DNA from: an uncultured Clostridia bacterium
Lineage (GTDB): Bacteria; Bacillota; Clostridia; Oscillospirales; Acutalibacteraceae
Assembly (NCBI GenBank): GCA_937892115.1
Contig: CALAUI010000018.1
Span: 1,533 to 65,532, forward strand
Reading direction: 5' to 3'
DNA: 64,000 bases
Shown: positions 17,937-26,311 of the stretch, in pieces
How the letters are laid out: each line of letters starts with the position of its first letter
Numbering within the stretch: the first letter of the stretch is position 1
The notes under the pieces: model-generated
Told to the model about the DNA's origin: nothing
Seen by the model: only the letters and a program-made list of their open reading frames with translations
The model's database searches: none
Program-made: the position numbers and the translations under genes

Positions 17937-18794
17937 ATGAAACCATGGATGAAAGATATCGGCGACAGCACGCTGATATCCGATATCAATATCCCCGGCA
18001 CCCACGACTCGTGTGCAAGGCACGTGGCACTGCATCATTTGACGAAGTGCCAAAATAAATATATTTCAGAGCTTCTTGATATGGGTGTCAGATTATTTGA
18101 CATACGCATACGCAAGCAAGATGATAATATTATCATTGTTCACGCGGTAATAGTATGTAAAAAATCCCCGTTCGGAAAGCCGATTCTTTTTGATGACGTA
18201 CTTGATGCCTGCCGTGATTTTCTGGAGAAAAATCCCTCCGAGACCGTTATCCTCAGCATCAAGAGAGACAGCGGCGATGACGACATAAGCACATTCAGAT
18301 TCTTTTACGAAAAATTCGTCAGAGGAAATCCCATCTGGTACACCGGCGCTTCAATCCCCACTCTCGGTGAGGTGAGAGGAAAGCTTGTACTTTTCAACAG
18401 AAACCGCACGGAAAATCTTGATAAAAACGAGGCAGGACTTGACTTCGGCTCGTGGGAGGAAATGAGCAAGGAGGAAATCGGAAATCCGGTTTTCAGAAAG
18501 TTCCCTCTGACGGGAGAAGAATTCGTCATCCAGGATTTATTCAAATCCCATCCTGCCGACAAATGGAAGGCCGCTTCATCCCTGATGGATATGTTTCTTC
18601 CCGAAAAGCTGCTGGCGGTAAACTTCCTGTCCGGCAACGACACTATCCACTCTCCGCGTGTTTATTCACGGTATATCAACCGCAAATTCATGAATTATCC
18701 CTTTACGAAGGGTAAGAAATACGGCTGGTTTTTACTTGATTTCGCAAATCCCGCGCTCGTTGAAAAAATAACGGATTCAAATAAGAGGAAATAA
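17937..18794 (+). CDS. PI-PLC X-domain (PLC-like phosphodiesterase) protein, no signal peptide
   Basis: NIPGTHDS and RLFDIRIR...IIVHA contexts resemble the bacterial PI-PLC catalytic His regions. RBS is AAGAGGAAG. Confidence 0.75.
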   Translation: MKPWMKDIGDSTLISDINIPGTHDSCARHVALHHLTKCQNKYISELLDMGVRLFDIRIRKQDDNIIIVHAVIVCKKSPFGKPILFDDVLDACRDFLEKNPSETVILSIKRDSGDDDISTFRFFYEKFVRGNPIWYTGASIPTLGEVRGKLVLFNRNRTENLDKNEAGLDFGSWEEMSKEEIGNPVFRKFPLTGEEFVIQDLFKSHPADKWKAASSLMDMFLPEKLLAVNFLSGNDTIHSPRVYSRYINRKFMNYPFTKGKKYGWFLLDFANPALVEKITDSNKRK

Positions 18795-18796
18795 AA

Positions 18797-20563
18797 ATGG
18801 CAAATAAAAAGAAATGCGGCTGCGGTTACAGTCCCCTTGTAATCCTGCCGGGTATAAATCATTCCCCCACTCATCTCTACGATGAAAACGGAAAACGCGC
18901 TCTCAACAGCAAGGGCAGGGAAATAGGGGGAACTCTGGTATTCCTGAACACCGACGAAGTAAAAAAGATGCTCCCGCGGCTGGGTGCAGCGGCTCTGGGA
19001 ACGGTTATCACACAATGTGACTGCGGCTTTAAGAAAACGGTTTACGATACCGCCTGCAAAGCGTTTTCATATCAGAAATGCGACTGTAACGGCGATTTCA
19101 TCAACAATCTCAAAACCGAAAGATGGTACTATCCCATAAAAGAAATGGATGCGGACAGAATCGCGTGGGCATACCGGATGGTACCTATGAAGGCCCTCAC
19201 GAACGTTATCGGTGAAGACCACGCTTACTTTTTCACCTTCAATCTCGTAGGCGATCCGATGGATTCCGCAAGAGAACTGAATGATTTTATTCAGATGGTA
19301 AAGGAACAGACGGGACACGATAAGGTCAATCTCCTGCCCGTAAGTCTGGGCGGCACCATTCTCACCGCATATATGGATTCCTACGGCAAAGCAAACAACT
19401 ACGCCGATATCGATATGATAGTCAACACGGTTGCCTGCCTTGACGGTACGGAAATCGTGGGAGATATGTTTGAAAGACGGTTCAATACAAGCGACAGATA
19501 TCTTCATCACGAGTTTATTCCCGCCATATTAAAAGAGGAAACGGGAAACGCAACTGAAGGATACATAGCAAACTGTCTGCTCCACCTTTTCCCGCAGAAA
19601 AGCTTCAATGCCGTATTTTCGGAATTTATCAGCGGAATGCTTGATACAATAATGATAAACTGCCCTCAGATATGGGCTATGCTTCCCTCATACAGATACG
19701 ATGCCATTGCGCAGAGATATCTCGCGGATTCTTCAAAAGCAAAATTGAAGGAGAGAACGGACCGTTTCCAGCAGGCACGTCTTAATCTGAAGCAGAATCT
19801 TCTTGACGCGGCGGATGCGGGAGTAAAAATAAACAGTATCGCCGGCTCAAATATCAATTTCGGCGATATTCAGTATTCCATGTTCGGAGCAATCAAATCG
19901 TTTGATAGATTCAATTCCGATGGCATTATCAATCTCAGCTCCACTACTCTCGGCGCAACGGGTGCCCCGAATTATCAGACGCTTCCCGAAGGATACGAAC
20001 AGCAGAATCATAAAGAAATCAACTATATTTCACCCGACGGCAGAATAGATGCCTCAACCGCACTTTTACCCGAGCATACGTGGATCTTCCTCAATCAGCA
20101 TCACGAGGTGGGCAACAACGACGTCGTACTGAATCTTGCAAAGGCAATACTTACGGGGGAAGTGAATTCCGTTCACGACGACCCCGAAAAATATCCGCAG
20201 TTCAACGGCACCTGCAACACAAGACATCTCAGAAGATGGCGCCTTCCCGACGGTGAGAAAGCACTTACCGATATTAAATCGGGAGTCCTTGCCTGCTCTG
20301 AATTTGTCCTCACGGAGCTTGAATCGGCAGTTGAAGCAGGCAAAGCCGTCCTCGCCTCCACCGTTGCGGACAGCAAAAAAGCACAGAAGGCAAAAGCCGA
20401 TCTTGAAGCCGTACTTCAGAAGCTGGGCAGATTTACTCCCGACAGAGAGATGACGGAAAAAGAAAAGGCAAAGGAAAAGAAAGCCGAAAAGGCAAGTGAA
20501 TTTCTCCTTAAAGCTCTCGGCGGCGGCAGTGTGACAGACAGATTATTAAGAAGAACAAAGTAA
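18797..20563 (+). CDS. LCAT/PGAP1-like alpha/beta-hydrolase (putative lipase/acyltransferase), cytoplasmic paralogue
   Basis: PLVILPGI and the nucleophile context LLPVSLGGT. Homologous by eye to 41840-43393, with shared Y(I/L)SPDG.IDAST. No signal peptide. Lys/Glu-rich C-terminal tail. Confidence 0.6.
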   Translation: MANKKKCGCGYSPLVILPGINHSPTHLYDENGKRALNSKGREIGGTLVFLNTDEVKKMLPRLGAAALGTVITQCDCGFKKTVYDTACKAFSYQKCDCNGDFINNLKTERWYYPIKEMDADRIAWAYRMVPMKALTNVIGEDHAYFFTFNLVGDPMDSARELNDFIQMVKEQTGHDKVNLLPVSLGGTILTAYMDSYGKANNYADIDMIVNTVACLDGTEIVGDMFERRFNTSDRYLHHEFIPAILKEETGNATEGYIANCLLHLFPQKSFNAVFSEFISGMLDTIMINCPQIWAMLPSYRYDAIAQRYLADSSKAKLKERTDRFQQARLNLKQNLLDAADAGVKINSIAGSNINFGDIQYSMFGAIKSFDRFNSDGIINLSSTTLGATGAPNYQTLPEGYEQQNHKEINYISPDGRIDASTALLPEHTWIFLNQHHEVGNNDVVLNLAKAILTGEVNSVHDDPEKYPQFNGTCNTRHLRRWRLPDGEKALTDIKSGVLACSEFVLTELESAVEAGKAVLASTVADSKKAQKAKADLEAVLQKLGRFTPDREMTEKEKAKEKKAEKASEFLLKALGGGSVTDRLLRRTK

Positions 20564-20604
20564 AAAAACAGCTTCGGGCTCTTGCTCGAAGCTGTTGTGT
20601 TTTA
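20561..20604. terminator. bidirectional intrinsic terminator
   Basis: ACAGCTTCG..CGAAGCTGT stem flanked by an A-run (left) and TGTGTTTTATT (right). It sits between convergent genes. Confidence 0.75.
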
Positions 20605-21522
20605 TTATTCAAAGAGAGGGTTTTCAGGTGAATAAATCCTGATTGCCTTTTTCTTAACGGAAAATTCGATTTCCTTGGGATTTCCGCCGTATTCACCGTC
20701 AAGAGTCCATTCCTCGGGTTTCTCAAGGAAAGTGATTTTGATGTTATCTGCCTTTACGAAGATAAGATTTTCATCCTCGTAATTACCTTTAAGAACGTTT
20801 ATAAGCAGGGGAATTGCCTGAAGTGCCTTGAAATTCTTGACTATAAGCAGCTCAAATTTGCCGTCGTTAAGTACAATTTTCTGTCCTTCAAACTTGAAAA
20901 GACCTGCGACCGACGTTGAGTTTGAAATGGCACCGTAGTGAGCGCCGCCCTCGAATACCTTGCCGTCATATTCGATTCTTACCTTCTTGGGTCTTAACTG
21001 CATAAGAAGGGGGATTGACTGACAGACGAATCCGTTGATCATATATGCGGAATATCCGAGTTTGTTCTTCCACTTCTGATTTGTTGCATATGCAATTGAC
21101 GAGCCGGGGCCGAAGCAGGCAACATAGTTGAAATATCTGTCGTTGAACTGACCGATATCGTATTCGTTGGTGTGGCCTTCCATAATGGTTTTGACTGCGT
21201 CATAATAATGGGGAGGAATACCCAGAGTATTGGCAAAATCATTGGTTGAGCCCATCGGAATATATCCTACGGGGATATCAAGACCTGCCTTGCTGATACC
21301 GTTTACCACCTCGTTGAGTGTTCCGTCACCACCGCATGCAACGATAAAATCATAGCCGGCGGCTTTGTCCTTTGCCGCGTTAACGGCATCACCTGTTCCC
21401 GTAGTCTGATACAAAGTTACCTCGTATTCCTTAGGAGGAAAACTTCTCTCGATTGCCAAAGGCGAGGGTCTTGTTGAATCCTTGCCTGCAACGGGATTGT
21501 AGATGATCAAAACTTTCTTCAT
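20605..21522 (-). CDS. diacylglycerol/lipid kinase (DagK/YegS family)
   Basis: MKKVLIIYNPVAGK and ACGGDGTLNEVVNG motifs. Confidence 0.88.
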   Translation of the reverse strand: MKKVLIIYNPVAGKDSTRPSPLAIERSFPPKEYEVTLYQTTGTGDAVNAAKDKAAGYDFIVACGGDGTLNEVVNGISKAGLDIPVGYIPMGSTNDFANTLGIPPHYYDAVKTIMEGHTNEYDIGQFNDRYFNYVACFGPGSSIAYATNQKWKNKLGYSAYMINGFVCQSIPLLMQLRPKKVRIEYDGKVFEGGAHYGAISNSTSVAGLFKFEGQKIVLNDGKFELLIVKNFKALQAIPLLINVLKGNYEDENLIFVKADNIKITFLEKPEEWTLDGEYGGNPKEIEFSVKKKAIRIYSPENPLFE

Positions 21523-21548
21523 TTGTGCTGACTCCTCTGAAACTGTGT

Positions 21549-22394
21549 TTATTTTATGATCTCCGCCGACCAGGGGAAATCAAATTTTTCTCCCGGCTCA
21601 AGCGAGCGGATTTCTCTCTTCTTTGAGATATCGTCAACCACGTCGTGACAGTCGTTGATGCCGTGCCAGGGCTCAATGCAGACGTAAGGAGCACCGGGCT
21701 TTGCCCAGATACCCAGAACGGGAACGTCACCGAAGGTAAACTTTATCTCATTCTCACCCTTGAGGGTAAGTGTCTTTGACTTAAGTCCCGAAATAATGAG
21801 AGCATCGGGCTCAAAGATTTCTTTTGTAACGGTAATCTGCTTTTCGTTGTTGAGAAGCGGGAACTTCTCGGGCATGAGCAGATTGGTGTTATCTATTCTC
21901 TCGGTGCAGACGGTCTCGGGCTGTTCAAATTCAATCACATCGCCCACCTTGCAGTTGAAGCCGGGATGAGCACCGATGGAGAAATACATCTTTTTGCTGT
22001 CTTTATTGATGACTGTAAGAGTGTTTTTCAGGGTTTTGCCCTCAAGAACGAAGGTAGCAAGCAATTCAAACTCAAAGGGATATTTTTCAAGGGTTTCTGC
22101 CGTGCTTTTTCTTGAAAATACGGCTTTGTTGCCTTCACATTCAACAAGGTCAAAATTCATCTTTCTTACAAGTCCGTGCTTGGGCATTGAATATTCCTTA
22201 CCGTTGTAAAAATATCTGTCACCGTTGAGCTGACCGATAACGGGGAAAAGGATGGGTGCCTGACCGTACCAGATTTCGGTCTTGCCGTACCATACGTATT
22301 CCTTGCCGTTTTCCTTGGATTTGAGTGAATGAAGCTCTGCACCGAAATCATTGATTTCGCATGTAAGAAATTCGTTTTCTATTTTGTAAAACAT
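21549..22394 (-). CDS. aldose 1-epimerase family protein (LacX-like)
   Basis: Length and motifs (PILFPVIGQL, GAHPGF, EPWHG) are typical of LacX-type mutarotase-fold proteins. Confidence 0.75.
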   Translation of the reverse strand: MFYKIENEFLTCEINDFGAELHSLKSKENGKEYVWYGKTEIWYGQAPILFPVIGQLNGDRYFYNGKEYSMPKHGLVRKMNFDLVECEGNKAVFSRKSTAETLEKYPFEFELLATFVLEGKTLKNTLTVINKDSKKMYFSIGAHPGFNCKVGDVIEFEQPETVCTERIDNTNLLMPEKFPLLNNEKQITVTKEIFEPDALIISGLKSKTLTLKGENEIKFTFGDVPVLGIWAKPGAPYVCIEPWHGINDCHDVVDDISKKREIRSLEPGEKFDFPWSAEIIK

Positions 22395-22406
22395 AATTGT
22401 TTCTCC

Positions 22407-23444
22407 TTATGCGGCTATATTTTCCACTACGGAAGCGACGCTTTCAAGCAATCCTCCGGGCTGCACCCCGTTTTCAACGAGTGTGGAGCAGTCAAAATCA
22501 TTTAAGGCAATTTCAAAAACGTAATCCGTCAGGTAATTACCGGTAAAGTAATCTCTGCCTCTGATAACGATTTTATCGCTGTAGATATTGAATTCCATGC
22601 CCTGTCCCTGTGCCTTATATCCGGCACGGTTGTTTTCGCCGAGGGAAGGAACATTGATACACTTGACACCCGACTGGGTAACTACACTGCCGAAGTCAAT
22701 AAAGGGATTGTTGCCTTTAAGTCCTTTATGCAGGTGACCGCTGACGTAATATGTATTCTTGTACTGTCTCATAAGCTTTTCAATTTTAGTTGAAGTGGAA
22801 ATACCGAGACATCCGCCGGGGGCAACGATGGGCCAGAGAATGGCATTGCCGTGAGCCCACATAAGAGGCCAGTGACAGATTACGAAGCAGGGTCTGCCGT
22901 CGGCTGCACCCGAGGCAAGCTCCTCGTCAAGGAAATCAATCTGTTCATTTGTGATTTTACAGATGTTTGAGCCGTTGCCTTCATCACCGAGAACAATTAC
23001 TTTAATCCCGCCCATATCAACGGAATAGTAAATCTTATCGCTTTCGATTCCGAGAGAAGCGTTTCTGCCGGCAATCTGATTTGCTCTGCAGGGACCGCTG
23101 GGATCAAGCTGACCCATATCGTGGTTGCCGGTTGCGATTGCAAGGTTTTCAATAGTGCAATATTCGTCAAGTATACGATAAAAATCCTCAATCTGCTGAG
23201 GCTCGCCGTGATTGGTAATATCGCCTGCAATAATGAGCCCGTCCGTTGTATCCTTTTCGGAGGAAATAAGCTCAAGTGCCTTTATGAGATTATCATCGTT
23301 GTCGCCTTTTGAAATATGCGTATCGGAAAGGACCGCAAATCTGTAAACGGGTCCGTCCTCAAATGCGTAAACCGCCGGAGAGCAGACGGAGAAAATAATA
23401 ACCGCCGAAATCAGAATGCATAATGTCTGTTTAATCTTTTTCAT
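22407..23444 (-). CDS. secreted metallophosphoesterase (calcineurin-like)
   Basis: Signal peptide MKKIKQTLCILISAVIIFSVCSPAVYA. Motifs LSDTH, GDITNHG and GNHD. Confidence 0.82.
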   Translation of the reverse strand: MKKIKQTLCILISAVIIFSVCSPAVYAFEDGPVYRFAVLSDTHISKGDNDDNLIKALELISSEKDTTDGLIIAGDITNHGEPQQIEDFYRILDEYCTIENLAIATGNHDMGQLDPSGPCRANQIAGRNASLGIESDKIYYSVDMGGIKVIVLGDEGNGSNICKITNEQIDFLDEELASGAADGRPCFVICHWPLMWAHGNAILWPIVAPGGCLGISTSTKIEKLMRQYKNTYYVSGHLHKGLKGNNPFIDFGSVVTQSGVKCINVPSLGENNRAGYKAQGQGMEFNIYSDKIVIRGRDYFTGNYLTDYVFEIALNDFDCSTLVENGVQPGGLLESVASVVENIAA

Positions 23445-23549
23445 TTTTCTTCCTCCTGAAACATAGTGATTGATATTTTAACACATTTTGCCCCGAATGT
23501 CTATATACAAAATTCTTTTTTGATAATAATTATTATTTTTTGATAAATA

Positions 23550-23578
23550 TTGATTTTTTATATAAATAGTAGTATAAT
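23550..23578 (+). promoter_or_regulatory. sigma-A-like promoter
   Basis: TTGATT-17 nt-TATAAT, preceded by two TTTTTTGATAA direct repeats. Confidence 0.5.
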
Positions 23579-23622
23579 CGCACTGATAATGGCGAAATAT
23601 CGCAGATAGAAGGTTAATATCT

Positions 23623-24513
23623 ATGTCCTATAATGAATTTGCCGGTGTTTATTCTCTTATTCTCACCACCTTCAACGAGGATTTATCCGTTGATTACAGG
23701 GCTTATGAGGAGTATGTAAACTGGCAGGCATCTTTCAAGCCACAGCATCTTTTCGCAAACTGCGGCTCATCCGAAATGACCGCACTTACCGCAGAAGAAA
23801 GAATCAAGTTGGCAGGTCTTGCAGTTAAAAATTCTCTCGGCGTACCCGTTTATGCAACGGCAAACCTTGCTTATGACAGAGAAAAAGAGCTTGAAGAAAT
23901 GAAAGCTCTCGAGCAGCAGGGCGTTACGGGCCTTGTATTCGTCTCCAAGGGTATGGGAAACAAACCCGAAGAGCAGTATGAATATCTTGCTGAGCTCTCA
24001 ACTCACACAAAGCTTCCCATCGTTCTCTATGAATTCCCCGGTATGAGTCCTCATCTTATGGATGCATCCGTTTACGGTAAGCTTGTTGAAACGGGCAGAT
24101 TCATGGGTATCAAAGACACCACCTGCCGTCTTGAAACGATCAAGGAAAAAATCGCCGTTCAGGGTGATTCCAACGTACTTCAGGCAAATATTCCCTTCCT
24201 TTACGATTCATACGAAGCAGGTGCAAGGGGCGTTGTAGCCACTCCCACCACCTGCGGCGCAGACCTTTTCGTAAAGATGTGGGATGAATGGGTAAAGGGT
24301 GACAAGAAAGCGGCAAGAGAAACCTATAACCAGATTATTCTCCTTGACAACGCCATTGACAGCGGCTTCAACGCAAGTGCAAAATATCTCTGTATCTGCA
24401 GAGGTGTCAATATGAAATGCATCACCAGAAGCAGACAGCAGCTTTCACCCGCAAGAAAGAGATCCATCGAGGCATACGTTGAATGGGCGACCTCATCGGG
24501 TATCCTTAAATAA
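23623..24513 (+). CDS. dihydrodipicolinate synthase/N-acetylneuraminate lyase family (class I aldolase) protein
   Basis: DapA-family pattern. GSSEMTALTAEER is the equivalent of GTTGE, and the Schiff-base Lys context is MGIKDTT. Confidence 0.8.
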   Translation: MSYNEFAGVYSLILTTFNEDLSVDYRAYEEYVNWQASFKPQHLFANCGSSEMTALTAEERIKLAGLAVKNSLGVPVYATANLAYDREKELEEMKALEQQGVTGLVFVSKGMGNKPEEQYEYLAELSTHTKLPIVLYEFPGMSPHLMDASVYGKLVETGRFMGIKDTTCRLETIKEKIAVQGDSNVLQANIPFLYDSYEAGARGVVATPTTCGADLFVKMWDEWVKGDKKAARETYNQIILLDNAIDSGFNASAKYLCICRGVNMKCITRSRQQLSPARKRSIEAYVEWATSSGILK

Positions 24514-24536
24514 TTCTCCACAAAGGAGCAGAATAT

Positions 24537-26009
24537 ATGAAAAAAATCAGTGCAAACGTCTGTGCCGTTACACACGCAGGCAGAGTACGTAAAGAAAATG
24601 AAGATAACTACAGTCTTAACGGCCGTCTGACCACCGGCGACCTCAAAAAAGGCAGTGCATACGTTCAGAAAATGGCAGAGCCCTTCCACCTCGCGGTCTG
24701 CGACGGTATGGGCGGTGAAAGCTTCGGTGAAATCGCTTCCGGTATTGCCGTTGATTCAATAGCAAAGAGTGCCGCGGGCATCTATAACAGCGGTGAGGAT
24801 TATGCCTTTGCCATTGCCAGTGCTCTTGACGATGCAAACTCAAAAATCTGCAGCGAGATTTCAGCCAGAGGCGCCAGAATGGGTACCACCCTTGCGGCAA
24901 TCTATGCGGTAAAGGGCAAGGCAATCTGCGTAAGTATGGGCGATACGAGAATTTATCACTTCTCCAACGGCATTCTCAAGCAGATGAGCTTTGACCACAC
25001 TCACGCTCAGCAGTTTGTTGACGCAGGTGCGGCTACAATGTCCGAAATCAACACAATTCCCGACGCTAAGCATCTTACAAAGCATCTGGGTGTATTCCCC
25101 GAGGAAGCTCCTCTTTCACCCGGTGTCAGCGTAATTGACGATATTGAAAACGGCGACGTAATTCTTCTTTGCAGCGACGGCCTTACCGATATGCTCACCG
25201 ACGATGAGATTTCTCTCATTATCTCGGGCGGTGAAAATGCACAGGACGTTACGGGTAAGCTTATCCGCAAGGCACTTGAAAACGGCGGTAAAGATAACGT
25301 TACCGTAATTACCGCTTTCATGAGCGTTGAGGATACCGCCATCTTCGTTCCCATCGCAGAAGCAATGGTCGGAGACGGTGCAAACTACGAGGAAGAGTAC
25401 CGCAATTCCTACGGTGCAAACGTCCCCTACGGCTACGAAAATAACGATTCACCCTATGCGAATGCAGATGCGGCAGCCGCAGAAAAGCCGGTTGACATTA
25501 TGAGATGGGTAAAGATCGGTGCAATCGTCATAGTCGGCATTATCGTTCTGCTTGCCGGTGCAATCATCATCAAGGGTGCAATTGACAAGAACAGAGAAAA
25601 AGAAGAGGAAGAGGATACCACGGTTTCCACTACCACTACGACAACGGAATACAGCACCGATTCAAGTCTGCTGACCACCACTACCGAGCCCACGGAGACG
25701 GAAAGTGAGACAGAGACGGAAACCGAGACGACCTATTCCACCACAAGATACAGAACAACAACCTATAGGAAGACCACAAAGAAGCCCACCACCACGGCAC
25801 CCTCATCGGGAACGACCGCTCCCTCAACCTCGTCAACTACTTCCACGACGGCACCCGTAAATGATCCCACTTCATCAACCGACACGTCATCATCATCTTC
25901 TTCAGGTGAGTCCACGTCGGCAACCTCAGCCACACAGGCGTCCACGACGGAATCCACAACGGGTCAGACTATTCCCGCAGACCCCAATCTGGGCACAACA
26001 AACCAGTAA
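24537..26009 (+). CDS. PP2C-family Ser/Thr phosphatase with a C-terminal TM helix and a Thr/Ser/Glu-rich tail
   Basis: HAGRVRKENEDNY, CDGMGG and GGKDNVT motifs. TM helix WVKIGAIVIVGIIVLLAGAIII, followed by about 140 aa of T/S/E/P low complexity. Confidence 0.88.
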   Translation: MKKISANVCAVTHAGRVRKENEDNYSLNGRLTTGDLKKGSAYVQKMAEPFHLAVCDGMGGESFGEIASGIAVDSIAKSAAGIYNSGEDYAFAIASALDDANSKICSEISARGARMGTTLAAIYAVKGKAICVSMGDTRIYHFSNGILKQMSFDHTHAQQFVDAGAATMSEINTIPDAKHLTKHLGVFPEEAPLSPGVSVIDDIENGDVILLCSDGLTDMLTDDEISLIISGGENAQDVTGKLIRKALENGGKDNVTVITAFMSVEDTAIFVPIAEAMVGDGANYEEEYRNSYGANVPYGYENNDSPYANADAAAAEKPVDIMRWVKIGAIVIVGIIVLLAGAIIIKGAIDKNREKEEEEDTTVSTTTTTTEYSTDSSLLTTTTEPTETESETETETETTYSTTRYRTTTYRKTTKKPTTTAPSSGTTAPSTSSTTSTTAPVNDPTSSTDTSSSSSSGESTSATSATQASTTESTTGQTIPADPNLGTTNQ

Positions 26010-26023
26010 GAATAATCCATCAG

Positions 26024-26065
26024 AAGCAGAAGCTCCGAAGCGGGCTTCTGCTTTAATATTTTTCA
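26024..26065 (+). terminator. intrinsic terminator after the PP2C gene
   Basis: AAGCAGAAGC..GCTTCTGCTT stem followed by TAATATTTTTC. Confidence 0.6.
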
Positions 26066-26248
26066 GATTTTTTCGTGTTTCTATTGCTAAACGGGAGAAG
26101 AAAAATGTATAATAATCAAGCGGGATATTCCGCCGGATACATCAAAGCACGTAATAAAGAACAGCCCGTAATCCCCCGGCGGTGATTTTTAGTAAAAAAA
26201 AACAAAAAAATCCCCTTCAAAAAAATTAAATTATGTTGCAATTTTATC

Positions 26249-26277
26249 TTGTTGACATATACGCACGGTGTTATAAT
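26249..26277 (+). promoter_or_regulatory. sigma-A-like promoter with extended -10
   Basis: TTGTTG(ACA)-17 nt-TGTTATAAT, preceded by a long A-tract (26191-26230). Confidence 0.55.
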
Positions 26278-26311
26278 AAACCGTATTTTTTAGATTGAAA
26301 GGATGAGATCC

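Noticed and set aside
25454-25957. Minus-strand ORFs (79 and 64 aa) rich in Val/Ser/Asp, opposite the PP2C tail.
   Set aside because: They are complement-strand artefacts of the ACN/GAN-rich Thr/Ser/Glu coding repeat.
26114-26190. A purine, preQ1 or other known riboswitch upstream of the CofE-like/guaA-like operon.
   Set aside because: The conserved purine-riboswitch junctions (UAUAAU..UAUGG..CCGUAAAUGUCCGACUAUG) and the preQ1 hairpin plus ACUAA tail are missing. A separate promoter also lies downstream of the element.
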